The notes beneath the pieces were generated by a model. It was given only the letters and a program-made list of their open reading frames with translations. It ran no database searches and was not told the origin of the DNA. Position numbers and translations under genes: made by a program. Positions 24,705 through 36,164 of a stretch of DNA of 64,000 nt are shown here, in pieces. Source of the DNA: Takakia lepidozioides. Taxonomy: Eukaryota; Plantae; Bryophyta. The stretch's first letter is position 1. Each line of letters starts with the position of its first letter. Location: the NCBI GenBank assembly GCA_030704615.1, contig CM060731.1, positions 37,448,001 to 37,512,000 on the forward strand. The letters run 5' to 3'.

Positions 24705-25432
24705 TGTCGCGGCCCTTTGCCTTGAGGGCAGGGGGGTCGGGACACATGAGGAGCTGCCCCTGTGGTGGGGGCAGCGGCAGCGATAGGTATGGGGGGGTTG
24801 AAGCACCCTTGAGTGCCCAAGGCACTCAAGGAGGCAGAGGCGCTCACTAGGTGGAGCCCCGCACACCGGGTTGCGGTGGGGGTGGCTCCACAAGGGGTGG
24901 TGGTAGCTTAGCGGAACTTAGTGGGGGTGGCATAGGACTCACCATGGGGGCGGAGACCTCGTGGTGGGAGTCGTGGGGAGTCTTGGGACTCATCACGGTC
25001 CATAAGGGCCGTGGTGAGTGGGCCAAGACTCACCGCGACTCATCACCGGGAGTCGAGGGTTTTCGTGGTGGTTCGCCATAAAATGGCATGGCTGGTTGTG
25101 AAACCCCCGCGGACAGCTACAGAAGTATATATAGGGAGTAGTAACCCCGAGAACGGTGCAAGCCCGTTGGTGACCAAAAACTAGTGAGTAAGCGAGCGAG
25201 CCGGAAAGCGACCAAAGAGTGGGGAGCTGTTCCGGATTGCCATCTACCAAAGGGAATTCTCCTAGTCCCAATTAGGTGGAGGGTTTAGAGGGAAGCGAAG
25301 TGGGGACCGTTATGTCCCGGTGAGCAGCCGAAGCTCCAAGTTGGTCGGGCGGCCAGGTTGGGAGTCAGGCGCGCGCATCAAAGCGAGTAACTATGACTTG
25401 AAGGGGAGCTTACCGAAGTGAGGTGCGCGACA
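24705..25432 (+). repeat. 5' LTR (728 bp)
   Basis: Near-identical to 30944-31663; TG...CA ends with a 7-bp inverted repeat; TATA-like element at ~25126. Confidence 0.95.
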
Positions 25433-25434
25433 CT

Positions 25435-25446
25435 TGGTATCAGAGC
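25435..25446 (+). promoter_or_regulatory. Primer-binding site complementary to initiator tRNA-Met
   Basis: TGGTATCAGAGC 2 nt downstream of the 5' LTR. Confidence 0.92.
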
Positions 25447-25487
25447 TTAGAGTTCAGTACGCAATCATCCTTGGGATTGGCCTCATC

Positions 25488-28400
25488 ATGGGGTCGGGCA
25501 AGCCGAAGCGAAAGCGGAACGGCCCAAAAGATGATGATCCCGGTGAGCCCGATGGGGGCGGCGTGTCACCGAGGCGGCCGTTTGAGGAAGCGATGCATGT
25601 TTCCTAAAACGAGGCCGCCCAAGAGCGGGAGGAATCCGAGGAGTCGGAGCCCGAGGAATCCTTGAGAGCTCCGACAAACCAAGAGATGCCTCCCATGCCG
25701 GCAGCCTTTGGGAAGGGTTGTTGGCGCAGTTTGGCGGGACGCTGAAAGATGTGTTGAAGGCGGCTAATGCCACCTCCGCTAAGGCAAAGTTTAAGGTGAA
25801 GCCTAAGGAACCCGGCACCTTCGAGGGCGTCCAAAATCGGAAGGCACTCAACACCTGGCTCTTGGAGCTAGAGCAGTACTTCCGGGCAGCCAAGTTGAGT
25901 GACGAGGATCGGGTGGAAGTGGCTCCCACCTATTTGAGGGGCTATGCTCAACAATGGTGGCAGAGAAACGCCTTCACGACCGAGGTCCAAGCCCGGAAAC
26001 CTTGAATTGGAGTGGGTTCAAGGAATTGATGAAGAGACAGTTTGTGCCCCTCAACACGTCCTGGCTTGCCCGGACAAGATGAGGAATTTGAAGCAAACAG
26101 ATGACATTTGGGGGTATGTCCAGGCTTTCAATGTGCTGTTGCTCGAAGTCGCGGACATGGCAGAACCAGAAATGGTCTTCAACTTTGTGGCGGGACTGGC
26201 CCCATGGGCCAGGCGGAAGTTGGAGGAGAAGCCACCCAAGACTTTGAACGAGGCTATTGAGAGGGCTGAATGTTTCTCAGATGTCCCTAGGGGTGAAAGA
26301 CAAGGCCGTACGGAGCTGAACCACAAGAAGATTCGGCGGGAAGGTGACTCCTTCCGACCGGAAAAGAAGTGGGATAGGCCACGCGGCAAAAATGGCACGT
26401 GGAAATCGAAGGGAGGGCCTTCACACGTCAAGGCGGCACCCGGTGCTTCGAAAGGAAAAGCGGGTGGAGCGGCTTATGGCGGACAGAAGGCGACCTTTGA
26501 TGGAGTGTGTTTCAATTGCGGGGAGCCCGGGCACATGGCCAAGAAGTGCACGAAGCCCCTGCAATTGAACATGACTCAGGCGACCACGGAGCTGTCGGAA
26601 GATACCATCAGTCGCTTGGGGAAGCGGTGGTCGCCAGGACTTGCAAGGTAGGCAAATTTTCTTGTGAGTTGTATCAGGAAACTGGCGCCTTACGAAAAGG
26701 GAGTCAGTTATTGTTCGTGGATGGGATAATATCCGGAACTAATGTGTCGTTGTTGGTGGACACAGGAGCGTCGCACTCCTTCATGACACCGGCAACGGCA
26801 CAAAAGCTGGGACTCCCGACAAGTGACGTGGGGGCCTCTATTGAGGTGCGTTCTGCCAAAGGAGAACCACAGTTGGCGACAAGGTTGGCGATTGATGTTC
26901 CTCTTCAACTGGGGAGTTAGGAGGGACGTGAGAACTTCACCATCTGCGAGATCGATGGAGTGGATCTCATTTTGGGGATGACCTTTTTGAGCAAATCCGG
27001 AGCGGTCATAGATGGCCGCAAGAGAGTAGTCACGCTGCCATGTGGAAATGGTGGCGAGGTTTTACGAGTGTCTGAAACGCCCAAATCCGTGGGAGGGCGA
27101 ATAAACCTTCTGTCAGCAAAGAAGTGGGCCGTGGAGGAGGCACACGAGCCCCAGTTTTTGCTTTACGTTAGAGAAGTGAAAGGAGAAGGCGATGGGGAGC
27201 CGAGCCCAGATTGGATCAAGGGGATTTTGGAGAAATACCAGGATGTGATGCCGGAGGATTTACCAAGCGGCTTGCCACCGCGAAGAGGAGTTGACCACAA
27301 GATTGAGGTGATACCGGGATCGGAACCGCCTGCCAAGGCGCCCTACCGGTTGAGCCACAGAGAGTTGGTCGAGCTGAAGACTCAGCTCAAGGATCTAATG
27401 TCAAAGGGGTACATCCGGCCGAGTAAGTCACCTTACGGAGCCCCGGTGCTATTTGCAGACAAGAAGGATGGGACGCTGCGGATGTGTGTCGATTACAGGG
27501 CTCTGAATAAGGTGACTATCAAAAACCGGTACCCTTTGCCAAGGATCGACGACCTCTTTGATCGGTTGGCAGGAGCGAAGTATTTCAGCCGGATCGACTT
27601 GCGCTCCGGCTATCACCAAATTCGGGTGGCGGAAGGAGATGAGGAGAAGACCGCGTGCAGGACAAGGTATGGTTCATATGAGTTCTTGGTGATGCCTTTT
27701 GGGCTCACCAATGCACCAGCGACATTTAGCACGTTGATGAACAGCCTTTTCCAGGAGTGGTTGGATGACTTTGTGATCGTGTACATCGACGACATCTTGG
27801 TGTACTCGAAAACGAAGGAGGAGCACCTGGAGCACCTCAGAAGGGTGTTCCAAAAATTGCGGGAAGGGAAGCTGTATGCCAAAGCTTCAAAGTGCGAATT
27901 CGGGGTCACAAAAGTGGAGTTCCTGGGGCATGTGATTACACAAGATGGGATCAAAATGGATGACAGAAAGGTGAGGGCGATCTTGGACTGGGAGCCTCCG
28001 ACTTCGGTCCCGGGAGTGCGATCCTTCCTAGGACTCGCCTCCTATTACCGGAAGTATGTGAGAAATTTCGCCAAGATCGCGGGGCCGCTGTCGGACCTTC
28101 TGTGTAAATCCAAAGTCTGGGTATGGAACACATTTTGTGGCCAAGCTTTTGCTGAATTGAAGCAGCGGATGACGGAAGCTCCAGTCTTGAAAATCCCGGA
28201 GTTCGATCGTCCGTTTGAGATTCATACAGATGCATCGGACTTCGCGATTGGGGTGTTACTTATGCAAGATGGACGTCCAGTGGCTTACGAAAGTAAGAAA
28301 CTGAATGAAGTGGAGCGACGGTGGCCGACGCACGAAAAAGAGATGAAGGCGGTGGTGCATTGCCTTGAGCTCTGGCGCCACTATGTTGGTTCCAACCCAG

Positions 28401-30050
28401 TGAAGGTGTTCACGGACAATGTCACGGTGAAGTATTTTGCCACGCAGCCCAAGTTGTCCCCAAAACAACTTAGGTGGCAAGATACTTTGGCAGTGTTCGA
28501 CGTGGATATCCAGTACAAATCGGGACGGGACAATGTGGTGGCCGATGCTTTAAGTAGAAAGCAGCAGCTCTTGTTGGTGTACAAGGGCGAGACGGCGCTC
28601 CAAAGGAAGATCCGGAAGGCTTGCCGGAAGGATGAGCTGGCGAAGTCCGTGATGCAGGACTTGAGGATGGGGGTTAAATCGCAGTTCCACTTGCAAAATG
28701 GACTGCTCCGGTATAAGCAAAAACGTCTCTACGTGCCGAAGGGAGGGATCAGAGATAGCTCTCTTGAGAGAATGCCATGATAGCCCGCTTGCGGGCCACG
28801 GCGGAGCCAAGCGCACTGCGGCACTCTTGAAGAAAGAGTATTTCTGGCCCAAACTGAGGGAGGAGGCAGGAGGAGGAGGCAAGTATGCATGCACACATGC
28901 CAACAAAACCGGAGCGAGTACAAAAAGCAAGCGGGGCTGTTACAACCCTTGCCGATTCCAGAGGGGACTTGGGAAAGCGTCTCGATGGATTTCATGACTG
29001 CTATGCCGCTGTCAAAAGGATTCGATGCAATCATGGTGGTGGTAGATAGGTTCAGTAAAATGGGCCATTTCATCCCCACCAAGGAGACGGCAACGGCGCA
29101 GGAGACAGGGCGACTTTACTTCGCCCACGTCTTAAAGCATCATGGAGTCCCGAAGGATATTGTCTCGGACCGCGATCCAAAGTTTACGAGTAAATTCTGG
29201 AGAGCACTTTGGAAGAAGATGGGGACGAGGCTGAAGATGAGCACCGCCTTCCGACCTACGACGGACGGCCAAACGGAGAGTGAATTCCGTAGTGAAGCAA
29301 TTCTTGCGGAATTACGTGTCGGCAGACCAATCAGACTGGATGGAACACTTAGACGCGGCAGAGTTCTGTTATAATAACACAGAACACTCCGCAACGGGAG
29401 TTTCCCCTTTCGTATTGGTCTATGGAAAAGCACCTCTGGTGCCGACAAGTTGGGCCGCCCAGGACGTTGAGGAACCGGCAGTAGCGGCGGTACTGGAAGA
29501 AACGCGAGCGTTTGTTGAAGCTCGCAAAGTACAATATTGCCAAAGCTAGGAAACGGTATGAAAGGCAGGCGAATCGGAAGCGGAGGAAGTGAAGTTTGAG
29601 GCAGGCACAGAGGTCTGGTTGAACATCAAGAATTTCCGACTACCTCCGGAAGTGAGTCCGAAGTTCGTACCTCCGTATGCGGGACCCTTTCGCATTCGGA
29701 AGGTTATGAATGAGGATGTGTATGAATTGGAGCTGCCGGCAAACAGCAAGGTGCACCCAGTATTCCATGTCTCCCTTTTGAAGCCTTACTTCAAAGATGA
29801 AGCGCGTCCGAATCGGCATCAAGTGTTGCGTCCGCCACCTATGCTGTTGGATCATGAAAATGAACCTGAGTACGTGGTAGAGGCAATACTTAAGTCGAGG
29901 AGGTTCAGGAACCGAGAAACGGAGTATCTCGTCAAATGGAAGGGCTATCATCATGTGGAGGCATCTTGGGTGCGTGCCTCAGAAATGGGAAACGCATCCG
30001 AGGCGGTTGCAGCTTTCGAAGGGCGACCTCAAAAGCGGAAGAAGCGTTGA
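25488..30050 (+). pseudogene. gag-pol polyprotein, disrupted (Gag with CCHC knuckle, aspartic protease, RT, RNase H, integrase, chromodomain)
   Basis: CFNCGEPGHMAKKC; LLVDTGASHSF; [33 protein letters not shown]; [10 protein letters not shown]; CHDS..AGH.G, SMDF, IVSDRDPKF, TDGQTE; GPF motif; YVVEAIL...YLVKWKGY...ASW. Split by several frameshifts and stops (e.g. TAG at 26918). Confidence 0.95.
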
Positions 30051-30943
30051 TGGGGACATCAACCTTGGAGCGTGGGGGAGGAAATGCATGCTTAGCCCGG
30101 TTTAGCTAGCTCAGGAATCCGATTGCAAAAACTTGTATTGTACAAAAATTTGTTATAAAGGAAATGGGTTCCAAATATTGTGCGTCCTATTGTTGATGCA
30201 TGGTGTGGTTGGCTAGTGTGTAGAATGCATGCTAGCTTACAAAAGTGGGAGAGGTAAATTGGGTTAATCGTGTGTTTGCGCAGTGCCGAAATCGGGTGAC
30301 TCCCATCCAAGAGGCAAGGAAAACTGTGCCTTCTTTGGGAGTTCACGTGCTAGTGCGCACCTGGCGCGTGCGCGTACTATAACTGCGCTACCGAGGGGGT
30401 TGCCTTGTAGTGCGGGCTAACGCGGAAGCTACGTGCTTCCGTTCACGTACTATAATCGTGTAGCCTCGGGACGAAGTCGTAGTGCGGCTTCGGCGTGTTC
30501 CCGTGCCTCAGGCCAGCATTCCAAGGCGGACCCAATTGTAGTGATTGGGGCGCACGGTTGGTTCAAGGTTATCTTCCTAGTCAAAGAGGGTTCCAGGTGA
30601 ACCCTTGCTCAAGGTGATGCCAAAAGCGGCATCATGAGCGATCGCAAGCAATGTTGTTGCAGTAAGGCGATTCGATCCTCGGGGAGGATCGTTCCTTGGC
30701 CTTGAAGTAGGCCAAGAAGAGTGCACTGGGAAGAGCTGGAGAGGCTCCACCCTTGGCCGGGACTTGGAGGAAGTCGGCCGAACTAGCTAGTGGAGAGTAG
30801 AGTCAAGTGTGGGGTTTGGTTCTTTACCATGGGACGCCATGGTGCGGAAACAAACTCCTTGATGTGGGACGCCACACTTGGATGTTCGTTTCTCAAAAAT
30901 GGACAAGTCGATAAGGACATCGACTCCTGTTGGTAGGGGTGTG

Positions 30944-31663
30944 TGTCGCGGCCCTTTGCCTTGAGGGCAGGGGGGTCGGGACACATGAGGAGCTGCCCCT
31001 GTGGTGGGGCAGCGGCAGCGATAGGTATGGGGGGCTGAAGCACCCTTGAGTGCCCAAGGCACTCAAGGAGGCGGAGGCGCTCACTAGGTGGAGCCCCGCA
31101 CACCGGGTTGGGGGGTGGCTCCACAAGGGGTGGTGGTAGCTTAGCGGAACTTAGTGGGGGTGGCATAGGACTCACCATGGGGGCGGAGACCTCGTGGTGG
31201 GAGTCGTGGGGAGTCTTGGGACTCATCACGGTCCATAAGGGCCGTGGTGAGTGGGCCAAGACTCACCGCGACTCATCACCGGGAGTCGAGGGTTTTCGTG
31301 GTGGTTCGCTATAAAATGGCATGGCTGGTTGTGAAACCCCCGCGGACAGCTACAGAAGTATATATAGAGAGTAGTAACCCCGAGAACGGTGCAAGCCCGT
31401 TGGTGACCAAAAACTAGTGAGTAAGCGAGCGAGCCGGAAAGCGACCAAAGAGTGGGGAGCTGTTCCGGACTGCCACTACCAAAGGGAATTCTCCTAGTCC
31501 CAATTAGGTGGAGGGTTAGAGGGAAGCAAAGGGGGACCGTTATGTCCCGGTGAGCAGCCGAAGCTCCAAGTTGGCCTGGGCGGCCAGGTTGGGAGTCAGG
31601 CGCGCGCATCAAAGCGAGTAACTATGACTTGAAGGGGAGCTTACCGAAGTGAGGTGCGCGACA
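30944..31663 (+). repeat. 3' LTR (720 bp)
   Basis: Direct repeat of the 5' LTR with only a handful of substitutions and indels; preceded by a weak purine-rich tract TGGTAGGGGTGTG. Confidence 0.95.
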
Positions 31664-32070
31664 GAGAGAGAGAGATTTCCCTTTTTTTTTGGGGACCTGC
31701 ACAAAGGAGAAGGAGAGAGAGGGAGAACGAGGGAGAGAGAGGGAGGGAGAGGGATAGAGGGGGGCCAAGAAAATAATAAAAGAAGTAGGGGGGGGGGTGA
31801 CTGAGCAGCAGCAGCTCAGCCCCTCTCTGTTTTTTTTTTTCTTTTGTGAGCAGCAGAGGGACAGGGACAGATGGAGGACAGAGACGGAGAAATGAGGGAA
31901 AAAAAAAAAAAAAAATGGTGGGGGGGGAGTGACTGAGCAGTTGCTGCTCAGATGCTAGTGCTACTCAGTCACTCCCCCCCCACCTTCTTTTTTAGTTTTT
32001 TTTTCCCTCCTCACTGCCTCTTTCTCCCTCTCTCCCTCTCTCTCCACATCTTCATGGGACAGAGGGAAAA
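31664..32070. repeat. Low-complexity array with G-run + AGTGACTGAGCAG motif (part 1)
   Basis: GGGGG(A)GTGACTGAGCAG and its inverse, GA tracts, and CTCTCCACATCTTCATGGGACAGAGGGA shared with 36533-36561. Confidence 0.75.
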
Positions 32071-35000
32071 TATTCATGTCATGTCAAGACATGGACAAGA
32101 CCCACTAGGGTCATTGTCAATTAAAGACATAAACAACCCAAAACAGGGCACCATCTAACATTTCCATTCTTATCATAGCTTCCCATGAATTGACATCACC
32201 CAATCAGTCATGATTTAACAAGGTGGGAGGGCGGGGTTTGTTCATGTAGGGGATGCAAGCATCTTGAACACCCGAGATCCGGCCATCTTGGCCAATGAAT
32301 CATGTGTTCATGTGGGGGACAAGATAAGATATTGCTGCCCCTGTGCAGTTTGCAAGGCCTCTTGGTTCAGCCTGCACACATACCTTACCAGTAGGTCATG
32401 TATTGAAGGAGCATAAAAATGTTGAGGTCATGCAAAGGGCAAGGTACCATGGTCCAGCTTGCCCTATTACCATTTCAAGACACGTTTTCACACATACATC
32501 TTGGATATGACCCACAGGTTGCAGCATCTACCTTTTCAGCCATTAATTATGGCAGGTCATGCATCAGCCAAGGCATAAGGACCAGCTTGCAATTTGTCAG
32601 AATCACAATATGCCACCAAGTAGTCCTACTTGGGCATGATGAAATAAATTCCATATCATTTGTATTCACCCCGAGACATGTGATCATACAAGGTGTCAAG
32701 GGAATGTGAACTCAGCCTGTCAAATTGCAGGTTCAAGACTTGTACATACAAGCAGCTTGAACAGCCGAGATCCAGCCTCTTTTGCATATAAAAAACCAGA
32801 TTGCAGGTCATAGGCCTGATGTCATGACAAAGCCAAAACTATAGGTAGGATCCCATTGCAGCTTACCATCCTCATCCTTCAAGAGTTCCATGCTAAAGCA
32901 TGCAAAGAACACCTCACTGTGATCCAGTACTCAACAGAAACAGGCCTGAAAAGGAGCAGGTCGGTGCCTTATCATGCTGCCGCCATAACCTTCAAGGCCA
33001 CCATGTCCATAGAGACCCAAAACCGCCAAAAACACACCACCTAAAACCAGATCCTCTTTGGCCAAAAGAACTTACAACCTAGCTCAATAATCCAAGGCCC
33101 TGCTGTCAAAGATCAAGAGATAGGGTATGGTTTGTATGCAAGCCTCAGGAGACAGGCCAGTCAGGCCGAGCTGCGCATCGATGACATAACGACAAAGGCC
33201 AAAAACTAGGCTGTAACATGCTACACCAGGAGTAGTCGGGTTGAAATCGGGGCTGTAGGCAGCAGCCACCTCACAGTGCAAAAACCCACAGGTCTTCTCA
33301 GCCCATATCCCAATCTACATGCTCAAGAAGCTTCAAAGTAGGTAAGGATCCTCACCTGGTCCCATCACAAGCCCCCACAAAAAACCAACAGGTTAGTGAG
33401 GATTTGTGGAACCCCAGGTGAATCACAGACCCTCACACTTGTCATCGATGTCAACTAAGAAACTCAAAAGCAAGAGAAAGAGATAAGAACATGAGAATCC
33501 CTAAACTCCAAAGGCACCTTAAGCGATTGGGGAAGAGGGTTATGCGCCATCACCACCCGCAACAAGCCGCCTCCACAAAGCACATAAGCAATGAAGCAAA
33601 GCAGGCACAATCGCAAGGCACTAGAAAGGAGGGAGAGAACTTCCCATCATAAGTATCCTTGCTAAGCACAGAAAAAGCCAGAGGAGGGAAGATGCCACTG
33701 CATTCAAAGCGGTGTTTCCCGCTGCAAGAGAGACAAGGCGCCGCCTTCGCGCCCCCCCAGGCGCTCGTCCAGCATGGGTACGATACCACAAACGGGGCAG
33801 CCACCGAAGCACGTTCGCCATAACACTCTCTTCGCGAGCTCAGAAGCACATCGTGTGCTTCTGATAGGGGGTAATCATAATTAGGAGTAGTAAAGATCAA
33901 TTCCAGGCCATAATCACATCATCCATAGACAGATCACTTGTGTCAGGATGAAAAAGTAGGGAATATCATCCGTGACAGCGCCTTACCTCCATCTAGGTAA
34001 TTCTATCATTCCTCACCAGACCATCCGGTATGGATAAAAAGAGTCAATAAAAGAGGAATGAAAAATTATCACCCTGGTAGTTTTTCATCCGGTACGGATG
34101 GAAAAACAGGATGCTGTTGGCAACCTCCATAGAGGTAATTCTTTTCTTCCATGGTGACTCATCCGGTATGGATGAGAGTCAATAAAGGAGGAATGAAAAG
34201 GCCAAAAGAACCATCCTAGAGGTAATTCAGTGTCCATCCTAGTGGCTCATCTAGTATGGATGAAAAAGCCTGATAGAGGATGAGAAAACAAGAAGTCAAC
34301 ACTGATAGCAAACTGCCAATTCCCAGTAGAGAGGGAAGATAATTTTTGTTATGTCAAGACAAAGACAAGACCCCTAGGGTCATTGTCATGAAAGAATAAT
34401 CAGACATATCAGCCACTTAACAGTGGCACCATCCATCAATCACCCAAGCTTAGAAAATCCAGAATTACATCTATGCACAGTAATGTGTTCATGTCAGTAT
34501 TATTCATAACCCAAAGAGTATGCCACTGATGCTGATGACACCAGTCATGATCATGATACACATTCAGAGGTCTGGGTGGGATGGCGGGTACTTGCCATAT
34601 TTTGGCCTTGATGTGGTGCAGGTCAAATAATCATACAGAATTACTGTCTGCAAGCTGTAATCCAAGCATACTTACTAAAACCCCATAGGTGTCATGGAGG
34701 GTTTTCTTAAAAAAGAAAGGAACACCTGGATATCACATATTTAAATACCTTGCCTTGCCAGTATTTGTTTAGACTGGTCTGCAGCACAGCATGCCCCCAC
34801 AGGGGAGGTGGATATCTCTGGTAAGTTTTCCAGAATACCCCTATACCTTTATTTCTTGCTATAGCTGAAAATCAAAGTTCATGACACAGCAAGGTAAATA
34901 TAAAGGACTGCACACACATCTTGGGACAGTATATGATACTGTCAGTACACCCTTCACATCATTCCACATTTGACCATGTCATTACACCATGTCCAGGGGG

Positions 35001-36100
35001 TATTTCCACTTCACCATCCTGGCTGCCTCAAAAACTAGTTACCATTTATATTACTACCATATTTCAGTGTCAGCCGAATAGCCGCAGGCAGCAACTTCAC
35101 CATACCCTGGCTTAAACATCTAGCTCACAAAGCCATCTGGGTTGGAACATAACAGGGGTCTTATACCAACATAGGTACCCGAGTAGCTGCAGCAAACAGT
35201 TCCTTGCAACATCTCAATTTGTTTCCAACTACCATAAGGTAAGCAAAGCAAACTAGGGCCTGGAAAACAGATGTGTGTCTCTCACACAAGCCATCATAAC
35301 CCAAGTTGTCACCACATAACAGAGGTTTTCCACTGGCTGGGCCGAAATAGCCCATCGTAGAAAGCATTACATTTGTTCTTGAAAAATCAAGGAGAAAAAG
35401 AGATAGGATCAAGAAAAACCGTTTTTCAGCATTTTAAGATGAGTCCCTGGCAAGCGATTCCTTCCCCTGCTCTGCAATCCCACTTGGCATCCAACAACAC
35501 CTAGACATCAGAATATTAAGTGGAAGCCCTCACTTGTGCCTGTCCCAAAAACAACCACAACGCGTTGTGAGTTAGTGAGGATGCACGAGGTGAGTAGCAG
35601 GCTTCCACACTTGCTATCGAGGTCAAATACACTTCAATCTAAAGCGCATAGAATGCCAAAGAAAGCAGGGAAGCAAATTAAACAGAAAAAGAACCTTTGT
35701 TAGTTTGGGGGAGAGTTGTAATCTCTCCACAAGCCTAACCGGGCAGGGAGGACTCCGCCAGCACCACAACACTGCTACCTTAACCAAAGCAAAGTCGTGC
35801 CACAAGAAAAAAGAGCTTGGTCTCAAAAGGTAGGGTTTATAAAGGGAGGGAGAGAGACTTCCTTGTTCTATCAAGACGCCGCCATTCATCAAAGATCTAG
35901 AGGAAGGCTCCTAGGGAAACGTCATAAGTATGCAGGTGGTACCTCCGCCATCACTGCTGCGGTTCCCTTGTGCAGCAAAAAAACAGACAACTGAGACAGT
36001 GAATCTTCCCTCATCTCTAAGCCACCGCCATCGCCTTAAAGAGCCCGCCTAGGCGGCGCTCACAGGAGCCATAAACACTCAAGGAAATTCCATGCAACCC
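32071..36100. repeat. Diverged tandem duplication of a ~2.2 kb unit
   Basis: Anchors repeated about 2.2-2.35 kb apart: ATGTCAAGACA..GACAAGACCC(A)CTAGGGTCATTGTCA (32081/34351), GGTGGGA.GGCGGG (32222/34576), GTTAGTGAGGA (33392/35570), CACACTTG..ATCGA.GTCAA (33433/35606). Confidence 0.6.
33980..34270. repeat. Short array of palindromic CATCCGGTATGGATG units
   Basis: Four copies at ~34022, 34086, 34160 and 34248, with recurring AGGTAATTC and GAGTCAATAAA.GAGGAATGAAAA blocks. Confidence 0.7.
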
Positions 36101-36164
36101 AATTTTTCAATTTTTTCAATTTTCTCAAAGATGGAAGTCGGGACGACAATTCATAAACCTAGTT

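Larger units (their letters stand above)
24705..31663 (+). mobile_element. Full-length Ty3/gypsy chromovirus LTR retrotransposon, Galadriel-like
   Basis: Paired LTRs with TGTCGCG...CGCGACA termini, 5-bp TSD GAGAG (24700-24704 / 31664-31668), tRNA-iMet PBS, and gag-PR-RT-RH-INT-chromodomain order. Confidence 0.96.

Noticed and set aside
26051-29954. Antisense ORFs overlapping gag-pol (and similar ones over the kinases and FLAP1)
   Set aside because: Shadow ORFs of genuine coding sequence with no independent motifs.
30346-30500. Self-cleaving ribozyme (twister/hammerhead) in the retrotransposon 3' UTR
   Set aside because: Could not identify the conserved catalytic core nucleotides; kept only as a generic structured-RNA finding.
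33980-34270. CRISPR-like array of palindromic repeats
   Set aside because: Eukaryotic context, spacers partly repeat each other, only four degenerate units, no cas genes.
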